The notes under the pieces: generated by a model
The model's database searches: none
The model's input: the letters and a program-made list of their open reading frames with translations, nothing else
Told to the model about the DNA's origin: nothing
From: a virus
Lineage: Duplodnaviria; Caudoviricetes
Length of the DNA stretch: 52,665 nt
IMG/VR virus record: IMGVR_UViG_3300018420_000025
Coordinates: 1 to 52,665 of that record
Direction: 5' to 3' (one strand)
Translations under genes and position numbers: made by a program
In this document: piece after piece, positions 18,891-29,000 of the stretch
Layout of the letters: the number at the start of each line of letters is the position of its first letter
Numbering within the stretch: position 1 is the stretch's first letter

Positions 18891-20669
18891 TTATATTATA
18901 CTATTTAATTTTTCTATTAATGCCGCGTCTTTTACTTCTTTGCCTCCTGGAAAATAATATTTGTTACCTTCTTTTGTAAAATCATTATATCTTAACTTTC
19001 CTCTTATTATTGGATTTGTTTGATCTTGTATTTGCGTTTCTGTTAAGGTATTTAAGCCTTCTGGTTTGTTTAAATTTTCACCTTCAAATATTATATCAAA
19101 AGCGTTACCACTACCAATTGTACGCTGAAGCTTATCGGTATAGGTTCCTTTTTCAGCGTCTGCTATGTTTCTTTTATAAATCGAAGTAATACCGTTATTT
19201 GTTACAGCTTTGTATTGATCTTTACCATCACTATAGAAATAAGGTTGACCATTAGCTAGTGAGTCCATAAATCTATTAACATCGTTTTCAAGCACTTGTT
19301 TTTCTTCCATAAATTTTATTTCGCTAATTGATGGTTTTTCTGGCAGTTTATTAGCTGGATTATTTGGCGAGACTTTCCACTCTTGTTGTTGTTTAAATTT
19401 TGTTTGTTCTACACCGTTCTGAATTAAATAATCTTTAACATCAGGGCTATTAGGATTTAAAGCTGTTTTTAATTCATTAGTTACACCTTGTTTCCAAACA
19501 GCTAATTTACCCGCTTCTTCTTTAGTTAAAGTTTCTTCTGTTTTATCTTTACCAAACTCTCTTTCAATATATTTTTGAGTTCCATCAAAAACAGCTTTTG
19601 GAGTTTTAGGATCACCATCGTGATCTATTGTAACTTCAAAAGTAGGGTTGTCTATAAAATTATCAATTATTGTTCTTCCTGAGCTAGCTATACTACCATC
19701 TCTATTAAACTCAAGCGTTGAATCAAATAGACTACTCATCAATTCGTTAGGTGACATTTCATTAGTAGTCTTTTTTAGTAAAGTTGTATAAGTAGAGCCA
19801 TCAGTATTTTCGTCATAATCTCTAGCAAAACCCATTTTAATAGCATCGCCTTGCAGCTGAATAGAAATATTATCATATTTATCAGATTGACTTAATGTTG
19901 CTTTTGGCCATTTTTCCATAGGAACCAAATTAGCATCATCGCCGTACTTAGTATATATTCTTCTTAAGTCATTAATATCAGTTTGATCAAGCTTATCTGC
20001 TTTTTGATACTTATCAAAAAAACTTGTTACTTTATCTATATTTTCTACAATACCTTTAGGTAAATAAAACTTACCATCTTTTATTTCTATATAATCATCT
20101 AAAATACCATCAGCGTAAGCTTGTTGAAAAATAATATCTTCTGGAAGATTAAGACCGCTATAACTAGCGTTTATTTGTCTACCATCAGGATCTGTAATAA
20201 AACCTTTGTGTTGTATATCATGTGCATTTTTTTTACTGTTTTGATAAATTGAAGTTTCTTCTTCTAAACTTGATAAACCAATATCTGCTCGTGATATTAA
20301 ATCTCTACCTTCTTGTGATCTTCCTTTAGCTTCTTCACTTACAGGTAAATTAAATATTCCAACTTTTTTCTTTGTTCCATCGTTGTACATGTTTTGATAG
20401 TCTGTAATAGCTTTGTCTAAAGCTGGTATGGTATTATAAGCGTCTTTATTATCTACTTTAAAATCATCTATTTTAATAGAGTTTTTTTCATTCATTTCAA
20501 GCTTTTTATTAAAAGCTTTAGAAAATAAGTCTATAGCGATAGTACCAGCAAACTGCAAAAACTTATCCATGTTTCTGTTTTCTGGTTGTGACGGGGCTGT
20601 ACGAGTTTTACCTATTCTGCTTAAAGCAGCTATATCTACTACTCTACCTGTTGATGTTTTTTTAGCCAT
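18891..20669 (-). CDS. Probable internal virion protein
   Basis: 592 aa hydrophilic; lies between the small and giant putative ejection proteins. Confidence 0.5.
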   Translation of the reverse strand: MAKKTSTGRVVDIAALSRIGKTRTAPSQPENRNMDKFLQFAGTIAIDLFSKAFNKKLEMNEKNSIKIDDFKVDNKDAYNTIPALDKAITDYQNMYNDGTKKKVGIFNLPVSEEAKGRSQEGRDLISRADIGLSSLEEETSIYQNSKKNAHDIQHKGFITDPDGRQINASYSGLNLPEDIIFQQAYADGILDDYIEIKDGKFYLPKGIVENIDKVTSFFDKYQKADKLDQTDINDLRRIYTKYGDDANLVPMEKWPKATLSQSDKYDNISIQLQGDAIKMGFARDYDENTDGSTYTTLLKKTTNEMSPNELMSSLFDSTLEFNRDGSIASSGRTIIDNFIDNPTFEVTIDHDGDPKTPKAVFDGTQKYIEREFGKDKTEETLTKEEAGKLAVWKQGVTNELKTALNPNSPDVKDYLIQNGVEQTKFKQQQEWKVSPNNPANKLPEKPSISEIKFMEEKQVLENDVNRFMDSLANGQPYFYSDGKDQYKAVTNNGITSIYKRNIADAEKGTYTDKLQRTIGSGNAFDIIFEGENLNKPEGLNTLTETQIQDQTNPIIRGKLRYNDFTKEGNKYYFPGGKEVKDAALIEKLNSII

Positions 20670-20683
20670 AATTTAAATTTTTA

Positions 20684-21475
20684 TTAAACACGAGCAAAAG
20701 TTCCAAAAGTTCTTTGAAACCAGCCTCTATTAGCAAGTTTAGATGCTCGTAAACCTTCTAGTTGACCAGCTTCTAAAGCTAATAAACCTTGTGTTTTTTG
20801 ATATTCTAAGTTTCTAGCGTCAACAGCACCTTGCAGTCTCATTTGTTCAGCAGCAAATCCACCTTGTGCAACTTGCATTTCAGCTTGTCTTTCCATTTGT
20901 TGAACTTGAGCAGCGCCTCGTGCTCTTAATATATCAGCTTGTCTTGTTTGTTCTGCTAAACTAGCTGTAACTTGTTGTTGTTGTTTTAATTGTGCATTTG
21001 CTATTTGCTGAGCGTTTATCATACCCATTTCTTGCATTTGCTGCAAAGCGTTAGCTTGTTGTTGATTAAAAGCTTCTGTAGCAATATCAGTAGCGGTTCT
21101 ATCAACACCAACCATATCTTCATATACGTTTTCAAAATCAGTTTGTATATTAGCGTATGGGTTTTCTACATCTTTAAAAATATTATCAGTACTTAAATCT
21201 TGAAAGTCACCTTTTAATCTGTCCATTCTACCTTCTGACTCAAGTATTTTATCACGATAACTTCTAGCAGTAGCATATCCTTTTCCTATAGTAGCGCCTA
21301 CAAGACCTCCAATTAAAGCACCTCCTACGGTTCCTACTGGTCCTGCGATTGTTCCAATTTTAGCTCCTAGTGTACCAGCTGCTGCTGCAGCTCCAACAGA
21401 TCCTCCAGCAGTTGCTCCAACATATAGGTTTTTAAAGGGTGATTTTTTTAACGCCATTGACTGTCTTTTCTTCAT
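20684..21475 (-). CDS. Probable internal virion/ejection protein
   Basis: Gly/Ala-zipper hydrophobic N-terminal region, Gln/Ala-rich coiled coil. Confidence 0.55.
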   Translation of the reverse strand: MKKRQSMALKKSPFKNLYVGATAGGSVGAAAAAGTLGAKIGTIAGPVGTVGGALIGGLVGATIGKGYATARSYRDKILESEGRMDRLKGDFQDLSTDNIFKDVENPYANIQTDFENVYEDMVGVDRTATDIATEAFNQQQANALQQMQEMGMINAQQIANAQLKQQQQVTASLAEQTRQADILRARGAAQVQQMERQAEMQVAQGGFAAEQMRLQGAVDARNLEYQKTQGLLALEAGQLEGLRASKLANRGWFQRTFGTFARV

Positions 21476-21510
21476 AATAGTTTTTTTATTATAGTTACAC
21501 TTTTTGTATT

Positions 21511-21861
21511 TTATTTACTATTTAGCTGTACCATAGAACCTATACTAAACATTTCGGATTTTTTATCAGAGTTATTTACAAATTGTACTTCTGCATGATA
21601 ACCTAATACGCTAGCTAAATTTACTGTATTATCTTTAGAAAACATATAATAATTATTTCCAGGTGGAATTGCAGACGAACTATTTATTCTTATAGTATAT
21701 TCATTAAAATTAGATACAAGTATTTCTGATACTGGCCCTATCTCAATAGGACTAGTGCTAGCTCTATCAAAACCCGCTACTTGAGATGTTTGCAAGTAAT
21801 AAACTATATCACCAACTTGTAAAGAAGTGTTTATTTGTCCTGTAAATTGTAATTCTATCAT
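21511..21861 (-). CDS. Small tail-associated protein
   Basis: 116 aa beta-rich; INTSLQVGDIVYY and MFSKDN...LGYHAEV; abuts tail genes. Confidence 0.5.
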   Translation of the reverse strand: MIELQFTGQINTSLQVGDIVYYLQTSQVAGFDRASTSPIEIGPVSEILVSNFNEYTIRINSSSAIPPGNNYYMFSKDNTVNLASVLGYHAEVQFVNNSDKKSEMFSIGSMVQLNSK

Positions 21862-24800
21862 TTATGATATTTTTAATATGTTATCTATTTTTAAATTAGC
21901 TGTAATATTGTTTTCACCCATTGATTTTACAGCTATATTTGCTGTTATTGTAACAGAGTTACTACTACCAATAAAAGTAAGAGTTTCACCTTGTCTAATA
22001 TTTTGATTGCTACTTAATATTACGTTAGAACCTTCTATTCTTTCAACGTAAGGTTTATTGTTAGAATCTATGGATTTTGCATCTACAAAAGTATTTGCAA
22101 AAGTTAGTTTACTACCAACTCTAAGCGTTTGAGGTGAAGAAAGAATAACAGCATTATCAGATTCTAACAATCTTACAATAGTAGGTGCTCCATTTATAGA
22201 TTGACCAGCTAAATTTTTTCCTTCAACTAAAGTTTGTCCAACAGCTAGATCGTCAATATTGTCATTAAAAGCTATTTTAGTAGTTGATACAAAAGTATTA
22301 TTAAGAGTTTTTTCTAATGCTTTAGGTTTTATACCAGATATACTACTTACAGGAATAATAGCGCTATCAGAAACGTTAGAAGTAGTTGTTGTTGTTAAAG
22401 CATTTAAAGTTGCTTTTAAGTTTCTTAACTCAAAATTAGTATTGTTAAAATTACTTGCCGCCTTTGCTCCAACGCCTGTAAATGTCAATGTTATACCGTC
22501 TGAAAAGTTTTGTCCCACACTGATTGTAATTTTTTTATCAGTAGAATCTATAGCAGTAATAGCAGGTGATCCAATTATACTACCAGAACTAACAGCGGTA
22601 ATAGTATTACCTACAGATAAATTTTCAACATTGTTCAGTGTAACTATTCTTCCACCTGTAGCATCACCAACATCAACAACGCCGTCAACAGTTTTTGTAA
22701 TTGTAGATTCAAAATCTTCTATTAAAGGCTGTCTTTTTATAACAATTCTTTTATCGTTACTAACTGTATAAGTCCAAGAAAGTGTTTGTTCTACCTCGCC
22801 AATAGGAACACTACTAGTTAAAACATCGTCTATAGTAACAAGAGAAGGAGATACATCTACCTCTACGTCTGTTGGGAAAGTAAGAACAGAAGTACTTGTT
22901 TCAGAAGAACTAGTAAAAGTAATTTTCTTTTTAGCATATTGATATATTTTCTTTGTTTGACTTATTTTAGATAAAACACCACTTAATTGTAGTTCTGTAT
23001 CAAAATGAGGTTCTGCTTGTAATCTTACGCTATAAACAACATTACTAGTTGACGTTGGAAACGTTATAGCTTGTTGATATATACCACTACTGTTTAATTT
23101 TTCAAAAGAAAGCTTATCAAATGTTGTACTAAATTTATTAGATGAAAAATTATAATACTTAACCGTAGCATCGTCTGTAGTAATAGTTAATGAAAAAGTA
23201 GCAAAAGGATCACCAACAATACTTAGTTGTTTAACGCCGCCAGGCTCAGATATATGCTCTTCGTTTATATTAAACTCAGTTATTACATATTCACCGCTTT
23301 CACCTCTACCACCTGGTTCTGATTCTGTACCACTACCAGTAATATTAGTGCCTTGCCAGGTTAAATGTCTGCAAAGCATGTTTGGTTCTCTTGTTGGTGT
23401 AGCTTGATTATCATAAATAAACTCATGAGTACTTTTATACCACGTAATGTTTGTCCATGTAGAACTAGTACCAGGCACACTACCATCACCTGGTTTAAAC
23501 TGCGCAAACCAAGGATGCAAGTTTATACTACTAAACGATTGATACAAACAAGGATTTGTTGGGTCACCCGGTATACATCCAACTGGAAAATTATTAAAAG
23601 TACCTGGCGTACCTTGGATAGGCTGTGGTCCAGTAGTGTTTGTACCATAAGCGGCATGATATATAGCTCTATTACCAACCATACCATGATTTCTACAGTT
23701 GTTAGTCACTTTTTTAAATTGATTACCCGTAATATAAGGAAATGTAAAAACAACACCCGAAGGAAAATTAGCAGATGGACCACACTTGCCATCGTGCGAT
23801 GGTATTTGGCCTAAATTTTGACCACACCAACCACCATGTGTTTCATCACAAATTACATTCATATGAAATTCATCTGTATTAGGTCCATTCATATGAGCAT
23901 AACCTTCTGACGCGTTATCAAAATAGTCGCATTTTATTAATATATATGCATAAGAGTTTGTTAACTGGTTTGGATTAAACTTTCCCTGATCTGAATAATC
24001 TTCATTTCTATGTCCAAAACTAGGTATAACTATACCATCTCCGTTTGGACTGTTTATAGCTGGTTTTATATTAAGACTAATTGCATTATAAGCTCCTATA
24101 TAATTTAAAAGCAAAGGTTTATTAGGTGTTGTTATTTGTCCTTTTACCCCAGCATGCATATTGTTGATTGTAGGTAGATAATGAACTTGCCCGTGATGAG
24201 TTGGGTAATTTTGATCAGGACCTAAATAATTGGATCTTCTACTATACCCGTATTGTATTATTTTATAGTGTTTACCGTGTTCATGGTGTCCATCTATCAT
24301 TTCAGGAAGCTTACCGCCATTAGTTGTAAAAAGTACTCTAAGCTTTTGCGAATCACATAACTCTGGAAAACTATTACACTGCATGTCTATTTCATTTCTA
24401 TAAGAAGAATTTGGTGCAGTTGATTTATGATATTTAACAGTTGGGTGCATAACTTGACAATTATCATATAACCAAGAACCTAGCAATCTTTTTCTTTTAT
24501 CCCATATTTTTATCAAATAACCATTTCTGTTTTGCGCTTTAAATTGAGCAACGTCTATTATATTACCTTTTGCATCTTGTTTAGATATATTTAAATTAAA
24601 CCAAGGTAAACCTACAACAGAATCCCAATTTTGGTTTGAACCTAAACTAGTAATTGCCGATGGATCTGGAGGTGTTCCACCAACTGGAACTGCTGGCGTT
24701 ACTCCACTAGAATGAAAAAATTTTTGCAACCATTGCGCCCATGAAAAGTTTTGAGTTGGCGTCATGCCAGGATTATAACCACCAGCACCTACTGGCGCGT

Positions 24801-26043
24801 TAGGAGGCACTGTCCAAGTAGTGGTGATTGAATAATCATTACCAACATTATCAAGATAAAGACCACCTGTACCAGTGTGAAATCCAGAACCACTTAAACC
24901 AGGTGTATATATAGGTGTTAGTCTAGGTGTCCAGTCTAAATTAACACCACCAACACCATCTCTATAATTATAACAATCCATTTCACTTGGAACGCAAGGG
25001 CTTGGCCCACCACCACAATCCCCGTTTTGTAAAGCTGTGTTACAATCTTGTAATGTTTGAAAAGCATTTAAAGGTGGTAAAGTAGAACCAAGAGGAACAT
25101 CTATACATTGTGTACCGCCAGTAGCACCAGGACAACGATATTCTCTTTCTATTTCTTCAAGCAAAAACATTCTAACCGGTCTAACGCCGTATACATGGCA
25201 TCTAGTAGCGTTTGTAGTTAAACCTGTTAATGAATCTACTATTCTAGCCTTTAATTTACCACCTCCAAGACCAAAGTCAGCTGTTGAAGTCCAATATTTA
25301 TTAGAGTTTGGATATGCAACGCCATTAAAGTTAGCATTTGGACCAAGAAAATTTGTAGCTTGATTGTATTGAGAATTAGGACCAATATTTGTCATCATTA
25401 ATCTAGCTTCCCTAGCAGAAGGTAAAAACCAGTCTTTATAATCTATAGGACCATCTCCACTTATTGGATCAACGCCTACTGTAGAATAATTAACACATAA
25501 ATCATGAGCGTTTGTGTGTGTAATAGCTTGAACGTTTTGTGGGCCAGCGCCACTAAAATTAGTAATATAGCTTTGGTTTAAAGTATTATTTCTTCCATCG
25601 CCTACGTCAGGTCCAGATGGACTAGTTGTATAAGGAGCTCCGTTAGATCCTATAAAAGCAGCTGTTGGTCCATATGTTGTTATCCATGACTGTGGCATTA
25701 AAAGCCAAAATCCTTGTTGCTGAGCTACTATTGGAGGCAAGCCCATACCAGCGTTTTTTAAAGAAGGTATAGGTCTACCAGGTGGTATTGTAGCTTTCAT
25801 CCAACCAAACTCAGCGGCTCCACTAACTACAGGCACGCCAGGACCTAGAACATTAGGATTTGCTAATACTTGCCAAGACGTAGGAGTAGAACAGCCATAG
25901 CCATAACTACCAGAAGGCATTTGCGAAATAGCAAGATCGTGAGGCCCTGCCTCAAAATAAAAACCAGTATTGTTACCAGGCGTTTGCGGTGTTGCAAATA
26001 TGAAACCACCAGCAGGACCTGGATCACCTATATTATATGACAT
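21862..26043 (-). CDS. Mosaic tail/fibre protein with N-terminal DUF1566 (Lcl, C-type-lectin fold)-like domain
   Basis: YNIGDPGPAGGFIF, DWFLPSxxE, YWTST, VRPVRMF; C-terminal beta repeats ending in GxxLTF. Confidence 0.65.
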   Translation of the reverse strand: MSYNIGDPGPAGGFIFATPQTPGNNTGFYFEAGPHDLAISQMPSGSYGYGCSTPTSWQVLANPNVLGPGVPVVSGAAEFGWMKATIPPGRPIPSLKNAGMGLPPIVAQQQGFWLLMPQSWITTYGPTAAFIGSNGAPYTTSPSGPDVGDGRNNTLNQSYITNFSGAGPQNVQAITHTNAHDLCVNYSTVGVDPISGDGPIDYKDWFLPSAREARLMMTNIGPNSQYNQATNFLGPNANFNGVAYPNSNKYWTSTADFGLGGGKLKARIVDSLTGLTTNATRCHVYGVRPVRMFLLEEIEREYRCPGATGGTQCIDVPLGSTLPPLNAFQTLQDCNTALQNGDCGGGPSPCVPSEMDCYNYRDGVGGVNLDWTPRLTPIYTPGLSGSGFHTGTGGLYLDNVGNDYSITTTWTVPPNAPVGAGGYNPGMTPTQNFSWAQWLQKFFHSSGVTPAVPVGGTPPDPSAITSLGSNQNWDSVVGLPWFNLNISKQDAKGNIIDVAQFKAQNRNGYLIKIWDKRKRLLGSWLYDNCQVMHPTVKYHKSTAPNSSYRNEIDMQCNSFPELCDSQKLRVLFTTNGGKLPEMIDGHHEHGKHYKIIQYGYSRRSNYLGPDQNYPTHHGQVHYLPTINNMHAGVKGQITTPNKPLLLNYIGAYNAISLNIKPAINSPNGDGIVIPSFGHRNEDYSDQGKFNPNQLTNSYAYILIKCDYFDNASEGYAHMNGPNTDEFHMNVICDETHGGWCGQNLGQIPSHDGKCGPSANFPSGVVFTFPYITGNQFKKVTNNCRNHGMVGNRAIYHAAYGTNTTGPQPIQGTPGTFNNFPVGCIPGDPTNPCLYQSFSSINLHPWFAQFKPGDGSVPGTSSTWTNITWYKSTHEFIYDNQATPTREPNMLCRHLTWQGTNITGSGTESEPGGRGESGEYVITEFNINEEHISEPGGVKQLSIVGDPFATFSLTITTDDATVKYYNFSSNKFSTTFDKLSFEKLNSSGIYQQAITFPTSTSNVVYSVRLQAEPHFDTELQLSGVLSKISQTKKIYQYAKKKITFTSSSETSTSVLTFPTDVEVDVSPSLVTIDDVLTSSVPIGEVEQTLSWTYTVSNDKRIVIKRQPLIEDFESTITKTVDGVVDVGDATGGRIVTLNNVENLSVGNTITAVSSGSIIGSPAITAIDSTDKKITISVGQNFSDGITLTFTGVGAKAASNFNNTNFELRNLKATLNALTTTTTSNVSDSAIIPVSSISGIKPKALEKTLNNTFVSTTKIAFNDNIDDLAVGQTLVEGKNLAGQSINGAPTIVRLLESDNAVILSSPQTLRVGSKLTFANTFVDAKSIDSNNKPYVERIEGSNVILSSNQNIRQGETLTFIGSSNSVTITANIAVKSMGENNITANLKIDNILKIS

Positions 26044-26060
26044 ATTTATTTATTTTATTT

Positions 26061-29000
26061 TTATTTTGTATTGTAAGTACACATAGTGTTATCACTTTGG
26101 CAAACTAAAGGATTATAACCTCCACCATTAACATCAAGATAATAATTAATAGCAGTTGGATCAGTACATCCTTTGTGATAACAACAACAACTTAAATCAG
26201 CACCAACACCAACTTGCCCTAAAACTCTAGCTACAGAAAGATAAGCACCAGGCGTTGGAGTACCCATTGTTGATTGACCTGTAACGGGATCTACAAAGAA
26301 AAGCTCTGCTTTAGTACCAGCACAATCAGCACAAGTTCTATGAAAAACACTATCTGTAGTTTTAGCGCCATATTTTGGATAACTATTACTACAATCAACA
26401 CAAGTATCTGGACTTAGCTCTCCTTCAACAAAATAATTAATTCTTTGGTTGTTACCACCATACCATCTTGCTCTTCCTTCTTCTTGTGTGCTACTATACC
26501 AATTTGGAGTATCATCTAATCCAAAACCGTTATATTCAAAGTTGAAAGCGTTTGGATCAAGACATCCAGCTTGATAACAACAAGCTGTTTCGTTACCGTT
26601 ACCAGCACAAAGAGTTGGATCACCTGCACAAGTAGCATCTAGTTGCGAGAAAACACTAACACTATTTACAATATTACTACCATCATAACCAATAACAGGT
26701 ACGTCTGCTTGCCAAACACCAGATTGTAAAGTATTCGCATTTGAATCATAATTAAAAGCACCAGCAAAAGCTTGTTTGCTATTAAGATCTACTACATATC
26801 CTTTGTTAACGCCTTTATGATAACTTAAAGCATAACCAAAACCATCTGAAGTATCTGAAACGTTGCTTGTCGTAACACTAGGAATTGTATGTATATATCG
26901 ATGTGCAATATCATCTGTACATCCATTAATAGTACTAACACAACAATTTTGATTACTAGTATTAACATCTGTCCAAGGATCACCATCACCTACAGCGCCG
27001 GGTATACCCCAGCCAAAGTTACCGCTAGTACAGGCAGTATCTGTATTTCCTGCACTTGGATCTTGACAACCAAATATTATAGGGTAGCAACTACCATCAT
27101 CTGAGCTAGCAAGTGGGTTGTAATTAAATGCTGGTTGACCAGGTGTTAAAGAACCACTTACATATCCACTACCACCACCACCATAACCTGAGTTTACAGC
27201 TGCTTGACTAGCTACGTAAGAACTAGGCATGTTACCATTATCTGTACAACCACTACCTTCATAAGTACAATTAGCATATGTACCGTTACTTGGAGTGTTA
27301 TTTGGATTATGAGACGACATACCCCAATACTCAATTAAATTAGCTGTTGGATCATAATTTGTAGCGTTCCAACCATCTCTATTATCACTACCATCAATAC
27401 TAGAAATAGGATCTAATGTTCCATCTTTAGAACAAACATCATAAGTTGTTAATGGTCCTGGATCTGTATATTGCCATAAGTTTGCTGTTTGTGGTCCGTT
27501 AGAATACGTTGTACCTCTACAAACCTTTATCATAGTACCTGGGTTATTTGGATCTTCCATTTCACCAGCGTGAAAACCAAGAGCAGGATCAATACAACCA
27601 ATACAACTCGTATTTTCACACTGAGAAGGATTTCCGTTTTGACAGTTACCAGGATCACCGCTTGGATTACCAGGCGTTACAGCTCCTGGCGCTCCATAAT
27701 TACAATAACCAGGACTTGTATCTGTACAACAATAAGTAGTGTACTGGCAATTACCATCATCAGCAGTTGCCGTTGGATCATAGTTAACAGCCGTATTATC
27801 TATACAACCAAACACAGTTTCAATACAAGTACTTATGTCACTACCAGAAAGCGCGTTTACACTATCATAACAACAATTAGGAGGTACTGTAACAGATCCA
27901 TTTTCATCTATACCATTAGGATTATTTTGATTACAATCATAACACAAGTTTGGATCATAATTTATATGTAAATAACCACAATCACCACCTCCAGCTCCAC
28001 AACCACTAATATCAGTACACTTATCACATCCAGTATAATTACCATTACTTGGATCACAAACACCAACCTGCGTGCAACCTATAAAAGAAGGTGGCCCTGT
28101 ACAAGTTGAATTATTACAATATCCATATATATCAGGTTGCGTGCCTTGATAATGATCACCTTGGCTACAACCTCCGTAACAACAAGTACCATCATCTATT
28201 ACAGTAGTAATATTAGGATCAAAACCTGAGTTAAGATTACCATAATAATTACCAGCATTTGGATCAGCACACCCGCTAACAGTTGCTCCTGCCATATCAC
28301 AACAACAGTTGTCACCGTTTTGTCCGTTTATACAGTTAGATTGACCAGCAGGATCATTAACACTACCACACGATGCGTTTGCGTTTGGATCGTAGTTTGT
28401 TGCGTTTGAATCCGTACAACCCCAAGTTGAATAGTAACAACAACTAGTATCGCCAGGTGTATAAACACCATTAACATCACAACCTGTAAACCCAGCATTA
28501 TAATTAGCGGCTGTTGGATCGCTACAACCCACGCAAGTATAATCACAACTTCCATCGTCTATATCAGCATTTGAATCGTAATTACAAGCACCTTGATCTG
28601 TACATCCAAGAACAGGATAAACACAACAATTATCTGAAGCGCTTCCAGCTAAAGCCCCACCATCAAAAGCTGTTTGAGTATAACTATTACCAGCGTTAAA
28701 ATCACTAGGATTACTATTACACCAAGAGTTAGAGCCTCCACCTATTCCTCCACTATAATTTGTAGCAAATTGATCTAAACAACCATAAACATAAGGCAAG
28801 CATACGTTGTTAGGATTACTAGTAGCGTTTGGATCGTAATTAAACGCACCTGCATTTGTACAACCATAAAACTCACATGATCCATCGTCACAGGTAGCTG
28901 TTGCGTCATAGTTATTAGCAGAAGCGTCGGTGCAACCATAAATACAAACAATACATGATCCATCATCAGTATTAGCGTTTGGATCATAATTTTGAGCATT

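Noticed and set aside
19610-19630. DHDGD in the 592-aa protein (and DFDET in the 2561-aa protein) as a virion RNA polymerase catalytic motif
   Set aside because: No surrounding double-psi-barrel context; DHDGDPKTP looks like a loop, and DFDET fits HAD motif I with the other HAD motifs downstream
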